Assembly: GCF_006345805.1 (NCBI RefSeq)
Contig: NC_043012.1
Location: 41,664,001-41,728,000 of the forward strand
Origin: Octopus sinensis
Lineage: Eukaryota
Direction of reading: 5' to 3'
Length of the DNA stretch: 64,000 bases
The notes under the pieces were generated by a model that saw only the letters and a list, made by a program, of their open reading frames with translations, was not told the origin of the DNA and searched no databases. Numbering within the stretch: position 1 is the first letter of the stretch; each line of letters starts with the position of its first letter. A program made the translations under genes and the position numbers. Below, piece by piece: positions 40,161 to 54,734 of this stretch.

Positions 40161-40796
40161 TATACATGCGTATGTATATATACATATATACGTTTGTATA
40201 TTCATATATCGTAATACACACACACACGATATATCGATATATATATATTATACACACCGTAATATTAGCGCCAAACAATATTTAGGCATAATCTAATCTT
40301 AGGTTAGTTAAAGTATGTTTGTGCCAGATTTCAACTGCTAAAAGGCAAATTCACTGCATTTACCGCGGAGAGAATTTTCTCTTATAGTAAAAAGATATAT
40401 AAACATCTTTGTCCAGTGACGGCGCCTGTCAGTATTCCCAGACATCCATGTTTCTAGCTCCTTAGCTTTTATCAATGGGAAATACTTAAAAGAAGCAACT
40501 CTGGATAGACCTTATAATAGCATTTGCTTTAGTTAAAATGCAGCCAACTATATTGACCGATTTGCGCCAGTAGACCAGCAAGACGTGGAAGTTACCGTAA
40601 TATTAGCAGCAAGCTAATATTTAACTTGCTTCAGTCATTAGACTGCAACCATTCTGGGGCAGCGCATTGGATCGATCCCAGTACTTGGTTTTCATTTTAA
40701 TGCCTGATATTTATTCTATCAGTCTCTTTTGGCCGAACCGCTAAGTTACGGGGACATAAACACACCAGCACTGTTTGTCAAGCGGGACAAACAGGG

Positions 40797-40827
<31 letters not shown>

Positions 40828-41277
40828 CAACGGGCTTCTTTCAGTTTCCGTATACCAAATCCACTCACACGACTTTCGTCGGCCCGAGGCGATAGTAGAA
40901 GATCCTTGCCTAAGGAATCAGTAAGATCTGTAATTCTTATTTCCTGAGATTTATTCTTGTAACAGTTCAGCCAAAGAACATGTTTTTGTTTCTCGCTGTT
41001 TTTTCCTTGTGCAAAGTTAGTCTTTTTAATAAATTATAATATTTTACATTGTTTCTGTATGTGTATGCACGTATATATGCGCGCGCACACACACACATAC
41101 ATAACGTTATATATATATATATATATATACTCGTACTGACGCACTCGTTTACATCAATAAACTGCGATGCTTGTATACACAAATCTATTCAACCTATAAA
41201 ATAATTTGAGATGAATGTATATGGCCATACGTCTATATAGAGAGACATTGCCATTTTTATTCGAAATTAATTACTCA

Positions 41278-41321
<44 letters not shown>

Positions 41322-41479
41322 ATATATATTATATATATATATATATATACACCCTACACTCACACACACATACATTCATACATATTTATACACACATATA
41401 CATATGCAAATATATACATATATATGCATATCTATATGCATATGTGTGTGTGTGTGTATGGATATGTCCATATATATTG

Positions 41480-41526
<47 letters not shown>

Positions 41527-41913
41527 GGTGCAGGTGTGTATGTATGTTTGTGTGTGTGCACAGTGAAAGGCAAATTTAGGGTACCTAAGCGTGTAAGTTC
41601 TTTTAAGTCACCCGACATATACACCCCATCACGCTTTAAATGGATGTACCCTCTGTTAAAGTACTTATGGAGCACGTGCGCCACTCGTGTATATAAATCT
41701 ACAGTATACACCCATATTAGTGTGTATAATATAGATTATAAAAATAGGATCACATGCGGTCGTATCGTATAGGAGACACGGTCGCACGTGGTCATATTCT
41801 TAATGATTATTTTACAGACCATATAATACGTGCAGCGGCAATAAAACACAAGTGGAATGACAAGATTTCTTTTTGAGATATATACATTATTTATTTTACA
41901 TATTTTTCAATCA

Positions 41914-42875
41914 TGTTGATGTTGGGAGTTTGTGAGTGTTAGCATGTTTTTGTGTCTGTGTGTTCGTGAGGCATAAGAGGTACTGACCAGAGAAATAACA
42001 ATGGAATTTGGTTCACAGTTCATGTTGTTGGTATCAGCCTAGCAACATGTAGTAGCAGATGGCTTAAGGTAGTTCTTAGAAGAACTAGAACTCAAGACAG
42101 ATAATTGATTTACCGTTTATGAGGTACACGGAGGGTAAGAGTTCCATATCAAGATGTTGCGTCTCGTAGTTGAGATTAATTGAGTCACTTGTTGTGTTTA
42201 TCTTTCTCTTGATATGAATATACTTCCAGGTATATTAACTGTAGCCGTTTTTCCCGTGGTGATATTTTCACCTAACCGCTATAGTTGAATCTGTAGTTGC
42301 CTTGTGTACAAATTAAACCTTAGTAGATAGAGACGATGTTTGGCGATGAGTTGTGTCTGTCGCTTGGTTTTTGCTGCGTCTTCATTATATATTCTGCTTG
42401 GTTATTTTTCTCTAGTTATAGATATCCTGTAACCGTTCTTTTCGTGGTGATATTTTCACACTAACAATATGAGAGGTATCTGTAACATCTTGTATTAATG
42501 GTGGTCGCCTGCCTTTCGAACTCGAACATGGTCGAGTATGCTCTGTGTGGTCAGAGGTCCGTTCTGAGAAGAACTAGAACCTAAGACGAGCTCTGTGGTC
42601 AGAGGTTAGTCCTGAGAAGGACTAGAACCAAAGACGAACTCTGTGGTCAGAGGTTCGCCCTGAGAAGGACTTGAAACAAAGACGAATATTTGTCTGAGAA
42701 CACTTCTTTTATAAGGTTTATGTGGCTCAAAACGAACTTCAGAAATAGAAAGCTGTGATTGGCTGCTTGGAACAATGGCGCGAAAATAAGCGGAGGCAAA
42801 TCGCGTCACGTGACAACCAGCGGTGCGAACGTAGTAGAGACCACGTGTCAGCCAATCGAATTAGTGTTTACAACA
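41914..42875 (-). mobile_element. Possible solo LTR with internal ~47-bp tandem repeats
   Basis: TGTTG...CAACA ends. On the - strand, a CCAAT box precedes a TATAAAA. Repeats ctctgtggtcagagg...ctgagaag at 42540-42685. No clear TSD. Confidence 0.35.
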
Positions 42876-43074
42876 ATGTTAAACTAGCCGAAGATGTTTG
42901 TAATCTCGAACGAGATTATTCTTAATGCTCTTCTCAAACAGTGAAGATAGCAATGAGTGTAACGATATTGCTACAAGATCATTAAATCAACACTGTCACA
43001 AAAGGGCTAAAGTTGAAATGCGTAACGGAAAACAGAAGTATTTAAATATGAATGGAACACGCATGAGCATTCAC

Positions 43075-43144
<70 letters not shown>

Positions 43145-43400
43145 AGTCTGTCTGTGTGTGTATGTATGCATATATATACGGGCATATATATACGTTTGTA
43201 TTATGTGTGTGTATGTCTATATACACATACACACACACACACACGTGTTCAGTCATATACGAAATATATATATATATTTACACATATATGTTTGTGTATG
43301 TATGAATATACCTATATATACACACAAACACACACATACGTATATACATAACAGTGTGAGTAAACGCATACACACATACATGCATACGCATGTATGTGTG

Positions 43401-43446
<46 letters not shown>

Positions 43447-44094
43447 TATATATAAGTATATACACTCATATATACACGCATATGAGTGAAGAAGGAGTTA
43501 GAGGAGGAGAATGGAATAAGTGGAAGCGAAAAAAGGGGTAAAAGTAGAAATATCTGAATTCATGAGAAATAAAAAAAAAGTCAAACTACAAATAATCCGT
43601 CATAAAAGTTGAAAATATACGAATGACAAGAAAGAGAGAACGAACAAATGAATGAATGAAGGAAGGAAGGAAGGAATAGGAAAGAAAAACGAGTAGATTG
43701 AACATCGGATAAGAAAATAACTCAAAAAGGGAAACGGAGAAGGAGAGATAGCAATAATGAAAGAGAAAGGAAGAAAGAAAAAGGGTGAGGAAAAGCAGCA
43801 AATGGACGGCCATATTTGTTATTATATCACAACGATCGACGAATGTGTGATCAATTTTATTATCACTTCCGGTAGTTCTTTATTGTTACTTCCGGCAACC
43901 AATATATTCTTTTGTTACTGCACCCCCCCTTTTTAATACTTCTTGTCCGGATGTACCTTTTTTTCTTTTCTTTTTTTTATAACCGCCCATCTATGAACTG
44001 TTTTAAGAAAACAACGATTCAAGCGGTAGAGAGGCGTGAAGCACAAAAACAAGAACGAAAAAGAAATCTGCGGAATGGACAAACGCAGTGATGT

Positions 44095-44125
<31 letters not shown>

Positions 44126-44172
44126 AACAATACCTGGAATATTCAAAACAAGATTAGCAGCATCAACAAACG

Positions 44173-44240
<68 letters not shown>

Positions 44241-44289
44241 CATAATAATAATAATAATGATAATAATAATAATAATAACAAAATAAAAA

Positions 44290-47096
44290 CAAAATAAAAA
44301 AAATTAGAAAAGACCTGTCGATTCTTAATGAAATCAGCAAACAATCAACGCTACTGAGCAACAAAAAGAGAACAAAAATGCTCCGCAAATATAACATCAC
44401 AGAAAAAGATTTGCCGGAGATAAAAGAAAAGCTGAAGCAAGATATCCTTGCCAAAGCACAAAGGATCCGCCGGTACGAGAAACGCCAACGCTTCTTTGAA
44501 CAGAACAAAAAGTTCAACACCAACCCCAAAAAGTTCTACCAAGAACTGGGAAAAAATAAAATAGAAGTCACTGCAGCACCAACGGCAGAAGAATTGGAAG
44601 GATTCTGGAGAGAAATATGGTCGGCGAACGAACAGCCAAAAAAAAGGAGTATCAAAATAACAAACTCGGCATCTGAACAACTTTGGACCCCCATAACAAC
44701 TGAAGAGGTCACCCAGGCACTGCAAAAACTAAGCAACTGGAAGGCACCTGGGCATGACAAGATGCCCAACTTCTGGTTGAAATATCTAACAGGAATGCAC
44801 AAAAAGCTGGCTGAAAACTTTAACAGCATACTAGCAGAGCCAGAGACAAAGCCTGAATGGCTCACGAAGGGGAAAACCATCTTAATTCCCAAATCAAATG
44901 AAACAGCAAAACCAGAAAACTACAGACCAATAACCTGCCTCCCTACTATGTTCAAGGCATTTACTGCAGTGATATCGCAAAGGCTGAACAAGCACCTGGA
45001 CGAAAACAAACTGTTCCCAGAAGAGCAGAAAGGATGCCGCAAAGGCTCATATGGCTGTAAAGATCAACTAATGATTAATAAAGCCGTAACTGAAGACAGC
45101 CACAGAAAGAAGAAAGGCCTCAGTATGGCCTGGATTGACTACAAAAAGGCGTTTGATAGCATCCCCCACACATGGATCCTCGAAACACTAGCCATTAACA
45201 AAGTAGCACCAACAATCATAAAATTCATAGAGCATTCTATGAATAAATGGCAAACAGTCCTACACCTCCAAACAAAAGAGGGACTCATGAAAACCAAAGA
45301 CATCCCCATTAGAAGAGGAATATTTCAGGGAGACACGCTCTCTCCACTCCTTTTCTGCTTGACACTGTCACCTCTATCTGATATGCTAAATAGAACTGGA
45401 TGCGGATATAAATGTTACGGCAAAACGATCAGCCACCTTTTATATATGGATGACCTAAAACTATACGCTGCAAATGACAAACAGCTGGAAACACTACTAA
45501 AGACAGTTCATGGATTTACCAAAGAAATAGATATGAAATTTGGATTAGAAAAATGCGCCAAAGTAACCATGAAAAGAGGAAAACTAGTTAAGAGTAACAA
45601 CATCACACTAGATAAAACCAATGAAATAAAAGAATTAGACCAAAGCCAAACTTACAAATACTTAGGAATCCATGAACTAGATAAGACACAACACACACAA
45701 ATGAAAGAAAATAAAAAAAGAATATTATAGACGAGTTAGATCAATACTAAAAACAGAGCTCAATGCTAAAAACAAGATAATAGGTATCAACACTTTAGCT
45801 GTCCCAGTTATAAGTTACAGCTACAATATCCTTAACTGGACACGAAATGAACTGTCCAAAATAGACAGGAAAACAAGAAAAATACTGACAGGATCTAGGA
45901 TGCATCACCCAAAATCTGACATAGAAAGACTATATATACAACGTATAGAAGGTGGTAGAGGCCTTATACAGCTGGAAAACTACTATAAAATAACCACCAT
46001 AGGACTGCAAGAATACTTACTTCAGAAGGAAGGAAAACTGATCCAGATAGCAGCAAAACACGAGCAAAACAAAAAACTGTTCTCAGTATTTAAGGAAGCT
46101 GACAAATACAAACAAGAAATCATACCACCTAATAAACACGAAGAAGAAAAAGAAGATGATGAAGAAACAACAAAAGCTTTAAAACAAATGAAATCCAAAC
46201 TAAAAATAGAACAGCAACGAACCATGATAAAACGATGGCAAGAAAAGCCCCTTCATGGTAAATACTGCACTAAACTAAACGCAAAAGAAATAGACAAAGA
46301 AAAATCCCAGCAATGGTTGAGAAGCTCCGGACTCAAAGCAGAAACAGAGGGATTTTTAATTGCAGCACAAGACCAAAGCCTCCCCACCAGAAATTACCAA
46401 AAACATGTAATGAAAAGAAATATTACAAGTAACTGCAGAATATGTGGAGATGGACAAGAAACAATAAATCATATTATCTCTAGCTGCCCAGTCCTGGCTA
46501 AGAAGGAATATATTCACAGACATGACAGAGTTGGAACCTACATACATTGGAAGCTACGCCAACATTATGGAATAACAACAGAAAAAAGATGGTATAGGCA
46601 CACACCAGAAAAGGTCACAGAAAACGAGAAAGCAACCATACTCTGGGATATGCCGATACACACAGATAGAGAAATTAAGGCCAACAGACCAGATATAGTT
46701 GTCAGAGATCATGAAGAAAAAAAATGCTTTCTAATTGATGTATCAATACCGGCAGATGACAACGTGTCTCTAAAAGAAATGGAGAAACTCTCAAAATATA
46801 AAACCTGGAAATAGAGGTAACTAGAATGTGGAATCTGAAAACAGAAACAATTCCTATCATAATAGGTGCATTAGGCACGATAAAAAAATATTCAGACAAA
46901 TACATAACAAAAACACTAGGACTTACAAACACATATAACATACAGAAAATTGCACTACTAGGCACTGCACACATCCTACGCAGAACACTTTCCATACAAT
47001 AACCATCAGAGCATCACAACAAATCACAGCACATACCCAAGGCACACAGAGCTGCGCTCGGTAGTGAAGTGAAAGCACGCTATAAAAATAAAACTA

Positions 47097-47100
<4 letters not shown>
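44290..47100 (+). mobile_element. Dong/R4-like non-LTR retrotransposon (RT + CCHC + restriction-like endonuclease), 5'-truncated, in (TAA)n
   Basis: ORF 44378..45730: WKAPGHD, NYRPITCL, WIDYKKAFDS, GIFQGD.LSP, YMDD. ORF 45900..46814: CRICG...ETINHIISSC, RHD, NRPDIV..LIDVS. Frameshifts near 45715 and 46800. (AAT)n on both flanks. Confidence 0.9.
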
Positions 47101-47131
<31 letters not shown>

Positions 47132-48268
47132 TAATTTCATTTATTGGCCACCAGGGTCGACATGTTGTGGACAATACAGTAGATGTGGACAGTGGTGATT
47201 TTACACAAAACAACAAGTACACAATTAAAACAATAACAATAATATGAGGCAAGAAGAATATAACAATGAAAGTTCTCCTATAGCGGGGTAACCACCTGAG
47301 GTTGGCTCAGGTACGCCACCAATCCTGAACCAGTCGATGCTTTTAGGGCACCCGGGTAGGGTACCCTTCTCCCTCTCAAATTCAATAGCCTCCAGGCGCA
47401 TTATTAAAGTAAGTCCACTCACACGGACCATTTTCGCTACATTCACACACCTTTTAGCAAATGTACTGGGTGGGGGGCAAGCACTTCTCTCTCAACCCTC
47501 ATCTTCCTTTTCAAGTGAAATTTGAAAAAGTTGATGAAGGATTGGCCGAAGAGAAAACAGTCTGTCTTCAGTCCTTTCAAACTCGTCCACCATACAGCCA
47601 CTTTCGCTAATGCTACCGGACAGGAAAATTGCCTGCCCTTCCTGACCAATGGAAGGCGGCGGATCGATCTTCACCATGAACTCGGCCGAGAGCCAGATCC
47701 GTCCTACATGTGATAACAGCTGTTCAGCATAACTCCACAAGGACACTGTACGAGTGCGTGCAGAACGGTTTCATCACTTTGCGTACATCTGACAGCACTT
47801 CCGTGCCTGTAGAGTTTATCTCGAACCGGCAGTGCCCCCCGCCCCCGGTTGCACTTCCAAGCTAGGGATTTCTGGAAATTATCCATCGTCCCCGGTACAG
47901 ACTGTTCGTCCCCGGTACAGACTGTTCACATGTTCGACTTCGTCGACGCCTAGCACCTCTCGAGTGCGCCATCGCTCTTTCCATCAACTAACTCTCTAGA
48001 GAACTCGAGAGAAGATGTTCCCCTGATCGCATTGCCTGCCTGGTAGAGGTCAGTGAGTGCCTGGCAACATTCCAGATGTCAGTCACCCTATCTCGGTCTC
48101 TTCTTGACCCGGGACTGCAGCTCAGTCAGGGCGACGAGCTGGGGGAAAGGCCAGTTTAACAAACAGGGACCACACCTGCTCACCGTTAAAGCAGAATATC
48201 TGAAGATGCCGCAGTCTCAGTGCATGTCTTCGCATCATTGGCCACGGCAAGCTCAGCGCACCGCGTAG

Positions 48269-48270
<2 letters not shown>
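47132..48270 (-). mobile_element. Tx1/L1-like LINE ORF2 C-terminal fragment and 3' end in (AAT)n
   Basis: SLAWKC.RG.ALPVRDKL...RC.QSDETVLHALVQCP zinc knuckle; VNVAKMVR; AATAAA before the (ATT)n tail. Confidence 0.65.
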
Positions 48271-48321
<51 letters not shown>

Positions 48322-48487
48322 TAATTTTTTTTTTTTAGACATTCATTAGTACAACACCAAAAACTCCCCCCAAATATATGGCACACTAGGCATAACAACA
48401 ACATGAACTTCCAACCTGTTGTCTCTTGAGGTCTCTGGGTGAGGCTTGGAGCCAACTTGTACAAATATAAAGCAAAACTCAAACATA

Positions 48488-48542
<55 letters not shown>

Positions 48543-48755
48543 CCTTTCTACTATGGGGACAAGGCCTGAAATTTTGGGAGAGGGGACTAATCGATTACAT
48601 CGACCCCAGTGTTTCCCTGTTACTTAATTTATCGACCCCGAAAGGATGAAAGGCAAAGTCGACCTCGGCGGAATTTGAACTCAGAACATAAAGATGGACA
48701 AATGGTCGCTAAGCGTTTTTCTCGGCGTGCTAATGATTTTGTCAGCTCACCGCCT

Positions 48756-48811
<56 letters not shown>

Positions 48812-50814
48812 AATACCCTGATGCAGTGCCAGGCAGTGGCTTTCGTTGCTTAACTGATTGGAAGTGTCATCATGTACATTGTTTTGTCTTGGTATAAAAA
48901 GATGGCCTACAGCAAATATTCTGCTCAATACCACAGATTTGCTTGTCATTGTTTGACCATAACCAGTTGAGCATGTCCCTTAGTGGCTGAGGATATGTGC
49001 ATCTCTGATCATGAACAGAAGTAGTGTGGGGACATAATAGCCATGTGTTGAAAGGAATTCTTTGGGGTTTGGATAATTCACCTTTGGAGACTTTGGTGTT
49101 TTGTTCATCATCCTTAAACAAACCTTATTCAGGGACCTTTTGAGCGGGGTGGGCTACTCGACCTGAGGAAAAATTCTAATTGGACCCCACCTGTGAGATC
49201 ATATGCTGTTTATCTTGATAGGAGATCACCATGTCGCGCACATATGGTTGTGATGCATGTGCCTGGTGTACTCTTATCAGACGGGTGGTCATGATGGGTA
49301 TAATGAGCATCGTATATTTGTGCCCCAGTGTCACTTTGATGGTATGCACTACTCTCTCACTCAATAATAATGATAATGATAAATATTTGGTACATATATA
49401 TTTTACTGTTCAGACTGACCATGAGATTCCAACCAGGTGACAATTATCATTCTGGTCAATGTGTAGAAAGAGTGCATCCTCATAGATGTGGCTGTATGTG
49501 ATGATATGACTGTAGCGGTTAAAGAACAGGAGAAAATAGGAAAATACCACGGCTAGGCTAAGGAAATGTGGAAAAATCTCAGAAGACATAGGGTCCCTTA
49601 GCACCATACACCAACAGACTTGTTAGAACGGCGTAACTATGACAATTATATTAACACAGAAACTTGTTCTGTTAAAAACAGCAAGAATTGTTCGAAATGT
49701 GCTCGCTATGTACGGAAATTGGCTGTGACTCGCCATGAAGGGCGTCGATTCCAAGGGCAACACATTTCTACATACCTTTAAATAATTATGGTCGTTTCAA
49801 GTGAAAAAATTTACAGATTTTTTCTCTTATGAGGTTTTTCACGCTAACTACCTGATAATTTCTTATTAAGATTTTATCCTATTTTTTAAATTTGTTCCGA
49901 AGAAGCACGTTTCTTACCGAAATGCAGTTCGAAAAAGCCCGCCATTTACATAAATATATGAGGAGTGAACATTTTTATATGCTACGATGGAGGCGACGGT
50001 TGTCTGTTTGGTTCCACCTGGTATGTTGGTTTTGTTCATTCATGATATATTTTGAATTCGTTTCACTGGAGAGCAAGAGACGTAGATAATACGTTAATTG
50101 CGAAATCACAGGTGATCTGGATCTAAATTCTGTTTTTAAATGTCTTGCTTCGAGAGCTGCATTCGGTACGATTCGTTTATTTTTGGTAGTTATGACTTTA
50201 AAAGTCCCTCCTAGCGTGTGGCATTTATGTGTAATAATGCCCTCTATATAATATATATATATATGGTGGTTGTCTACTCCTTAAGCAGAGTTCGACCACC
50301 TCCTGCACCTACACCTTAGCACTATCAATGCATCTGATGTGGCTTTTTAAATCAATGTTCTGAAAAGACACCAACATAGATTGCACATCCAATTTGGACC
50401 ATTAAAAGCTGCAGATAAAATCTGATCTTTCCGTTAGATTTGCAAACCTTCTGGCATACACTGCACTCAAAGGTGAGCACAGAAATATAGGCAGAATAGT
50501 TGATGGAGGTTCGTTTCCCATGGGTTCGCAAATGAGATTTGAGCCCAGCAAAAGACAGGCATGGTCTGTCACAAACTGTGCACCCAAAAAGACATTGTCA
50601 TTCACCTTCTCGATCGTAACATTCTTCCTTAGATCTGTTTTGAGTCTTACAAATGCTTTCACTCCACTCCACAGTTTTGTTCGCCATCCAACTCCAGCCA
50701 AAGCAAGAATTTCTATGTCTTCATTCGACTTTGTATACTGGAAAATACAAAGCTGAATGAAAAGCAGACAGGATAGACTGGCCCAGGAGGGAATGCATTC
50801 CCTCAATCAAAATA

Positions 50815-51510
50815 AGTGCACGATCCGGACACTGACTTGAACAATGATGCATCTTTCCAAGTGCATATGACTAAGATGGCAATAAGATGCAGATGGCCGA
50901 CTAGATGGATCCTTATAACTTTCAGAACGAGAGAGCAGTAGACCATGTTCGTCCTCTGGAGAACATGTCCTCAACTATTTAGATAACTGCTCCCAACTAT
51001 GATCGTCACACAGTATAAAATTAACAGAGGAACTCGAAGCAATCCAACGAAGCTACACAAAAGGATCGCCGCAGTGCAACATGTCAGCTACTGGGAGAGA
51101 CCGAAAAAGTTAAAATGTACACTCAACAAGGAAGGCAGGAAAGAGATGCAGTTATATACACCTGGAGGCTCCTGGAAGGACTTGTACCAAACTTTGGCAT
51201 TGAGAGTTACACAAACAGCAGAACGAAAATCCCAACATCGCTATCAACATATAGGACCAGATACTACAACAGCTTCGGTTTCAAGGGGCCATAACTCTTC
51301 AATATCTTTCCAAAGAACCTGAGAGACCTGCATGGTATGGATGTAGGTGTCTTCAAAATAAAAGTGCATTTCTTGCCAAAAGTTTTAGAAGAACATACTT
51401 CACGGCAGGAAACAGATGAAGACAGCAGCATCAAACTCACTCATTCGCTTAATGTCATATATCAAAGGAGGTTTCAAGTGGTGCATGGCCACAGCTCTCG
51501 AGCTAGAACT
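50815..51510 (+). mobile_element. Decayed CR1/L2-like LINE 3' fragment
   Basis: Homologous to 12197-12550 (ggcccataactcttcaatatc...aacctgagagacctgcatgg...catggccacagctc). Confidence 0.6.
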
Positions 51511-51989
51511 ATATATATATATATATATATAGTAGAAATGTTTTGAAAAAAATATAAAATACACGTGGAAATGTAAAGGTAAATTATGAAAAATCAACGA
51601 AAATGCATATTGTAGATACAAAAAGGCTATTTATGACAGGTAGTGACAAATATATACATTTAGAGTATTACTAGTCAAAAAGGTCATTATTATTTATGAT
51701 TATAAGAAGTTAATAATAATAATAATAAGGTAAGAGACTACGGTGTAAAATGCGATCTTCTCATCAGGAAAGAAAGAGAGAGCCTCTCTCAACAACAAGA
51801 CATTATAACAATTACGATGACTGCCCACATGATAAACAGAACGTTATTAAGTATTTAAAAAACCGTTAGTAGATTTGATGTCAAAGGCAGATACTAGGAA
51901 GAGAAGAGTTAAAGAAATAATAGGTAATTGAATTTTCCTTGTTAACGGTAAACATAGGATAATCCATTTAAATATTCTTATATATATAT

Positions 51990-52026
<37 letters not shown>

Positions 52027-53144
52027 GAATGAATATAATATACCATATGGATAGAGTATATATTTTGTATTTTTGATTTTGAAATTTTGATTTTGACTCT
52101 TGAACTGGTGTGTGAGCGCTACGATGGATTTTGTTTTGTTTCAAGCTATGCAGATTTTAATCCGTATAGCAAAGTCTTATGTTTCTACATATACATTAGG
52201 AAAAACCTTCGACTTTGTTTATTTCATGTTATTGTATTGTATAGGATTACCTTGATTATTTATTACCTTGATTATTTATAGATGATCCAAAATAGGGTGT
52301 TATATTTTATATGTCTTTTGTATATATATTTTATATGTCTTTCGTATTTTTAAAAAAAGCAATGTTGTCAAAAATTAGAATCTTGATATAAGTATGTGTA
52401 TAACCATGGATATGTATTTGTAAGCATGCGTATCTGTGTATGTGTAAGTGAGCGTATGTTTGTGCTTAAGCACACATATACACGACTGTATGTGTATGTA
52501 TCCATTCGAACTTGTGTATTTGTATACTTGTCTCCATATATGTCAATAATGCCGTTACACAGCTTGTATACATAATTTTTTTCTTATTTCGTTTTTTTCC
52601 CCACCCCTCCTTTTTCTTTTTTCCTTCCCCCTTCTTCGTTCCTTTTTCTCTCTCTTCCTTTCTTTCGTTTCCCCCCTTACTCAGTATATGAGAATCGCTA
52701 CATAGATGATTTTAGCTTGCGTGCGAGATGGTTTGCGTGCATATATGTACGAATGCATTTATGTGTATATTTAGATTTATATTTATACATCTGTATATGT
52801 ATGGCGTTTGCACGCATCCTTCTGTGTATGTTGATATATATATGTACACTTTAATATAAATATGTATTGCAGTGTAATATTTATAATAGGTTTAATTGCT
52901 ATGCTTTAATTATACTTTCTTCATTAACGTCAATATGTATTTTATTCAATGTAAGGTTTTTTCCTCGAATTTTATAATTTTTATAAGTATTTATATATAT
53001 ATACATATATTTTTGACCTTTTTGTTTATCGCTCGAAGATTGACCGTTTTTTCTAAAGGGCCAATCAAACAAGTCCATTTTTTTAAAAAAAGGTGTAGCG
53101 TTTGTAAGAGTCTAGATTGAATTGATATATCGGTTCCATTCTAG

Positions 53145-53194
53145 CAAAAACTGTCTGATGAACGGCAACGAGAAACTCAGAGTAACAGATTTTG
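53145..53194 (+). ncRNA. Minimal type I hammerhead at a Penelope-like 3' end
   Basis: caaaaactgt-CTGATGA-a-cg-gcaa-cg-a-GAAA-ctcagag-TA-acagattttg; followed by AATAAA and (TA)n. Confidence 0.65.
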
Positions 53195-53221
53195 TTGAAT
53201 TTTCTGCTGCTTAAAATAAAG

Positions 53222-53268
<47 letters not shown>

Positions 53269-53298
53269 ATATATATAATATATATAATATATAATATA

Positions 53299-53388
<90 letters not shown>

Positions 53389-53442
53389 ACGTTAGTTATA
53401 AATATAAATAGTAATATTATAATAATAATAGTAGGGAATATA

Positions 53443-54734
53443 CGAGGGACGATCAATAAGTAATGCCCCTGACCCATTTGCAGTTGTTTGATCTATCTGA
53501 AATTTTGCATGTGAAATCATTTCTATCTCTATAGATTAAGTGGCAAATTACAGCTCTGAACTAATTGTGGTTTCTGATTTACAGGTGTTTGAACTGAGTT
53601 AAGTGTGAAATGGAGCCTGTTGAGTGTCGAGCAGTGATCCGGTTTTTGTATTTGAAAGGACGCACACCACGGGAGACTTTTGATGAAATGAAAGTAACTT
53701 ATGGTAATGATGCCCCATCATATGACCTTGTAAAACGCTGGCATCGTGAATTCAAACATGGTCGGAACTCTGTGGAAACAGCTCCCAGATCTGGTTGCCC
53801 CCTTTCTGCCATTGATGAGGCATCTGTCCGTCAAGTTGAGGCTGCCATTTTGGAAGATCGACGCATAACTATTCGCCAAATAGCCTATGAGGTCAAGATT
53901 AGTACCGGGTCTGTGGAAACTATCATTCATGACCATTTGCATATGCAAAAGGTGTCTGCCAGATGGATTCCCAAGTTGCTCACACCTTTCCAGAAGCAAG
54001 AACGCGATGAGTGCTCGATGATGAATTTGGAGATGTGCCAAGAAGATGAGTCAAAATTTTTCAAAAGACTGATTACCCAGGATGAAACCTGGGTCCATCA
54101 CTATGACCTAGAGACCAAAGCCCAGTCAATGCAGTGGAAGCACCGTGACTCACCTCCTCCAATGAAGGCAAGGGTGCAGCCCTCCGCTGGTAAGGTCATG
54201 CTCACAGTCTTCTGGGACCAGGACGGAATAGTGATGACAGGTTTCCTGGCAAAGGGTTCCACAATTACAGGAGCCTATTATGCTTCACTTTTGAGGAAAT
54301 TAAGAGAAGCTATCAAAATCAAGAGGCGAGGCAAGATCAGCAAAAGCATCCTCCTCCTGCAGGACAACGCTCCGGTCCGCAACTCACGTGTTGCCAGATC
54401 AGAAGCACAGGCGTGCGGCTATGAACTCCTCCTCCATCCCCCAACTCTCCTGACCTTGCACTCTCTGATTTTCACCTCTTCCCAGCCATGAGGTTGTTTT
54501 TGAAAGGAAAGCGTTTCCCAGATGATACAGCCTTGATTTCTGAAGTCACGTCGTGGTTGGAGGACCAAGCTGGGGTCCTCTACAAAAACGGTCTCCAGAG
54601 CTGCATCAAACGATGGGAGAAATGCGTAACTCTGGGTGGTTCCTATGTAGAAAAAGACTAATAACTGTGCCAAGTTTCGTTGCTCTACTGCTATGAGAAG
54701 TGGGTCAGGGGCATTACTTATTGAACGCCCCTCG
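53443..54734 (+). mobile_element. Full-length mariner (DD34D) transposon with TA TSD; transposase frameshifted
   Basis: TIRs cgagggacgatcaataagtaatgcccctgaccca / tgggtcaggggcattacttattgaacgcccctcg. ORF 53610..54491 has WIPKLL, TQDETW and QDNAP; SPDLA.SDFHLF continues in another frame to ~54660. Confidence 0.95.

Noticed and set aside
42540-42690. ~47-bp repeats as a CRISPR-like array
   Set aside because: Contiguous tandem repeats with no unique spacers, eukaryotic context, no cas genes.
50402-50806. 134-aa minus-strand ORF
   Set aside because: No recognisable motif; adjacent to a decayed LINE; cannot be supported as a gene.
51735-51775. Minus-strand CTGATGA followed by a stem
   Set aside because: No GAAA/UH half follows; at best a truncated relic.
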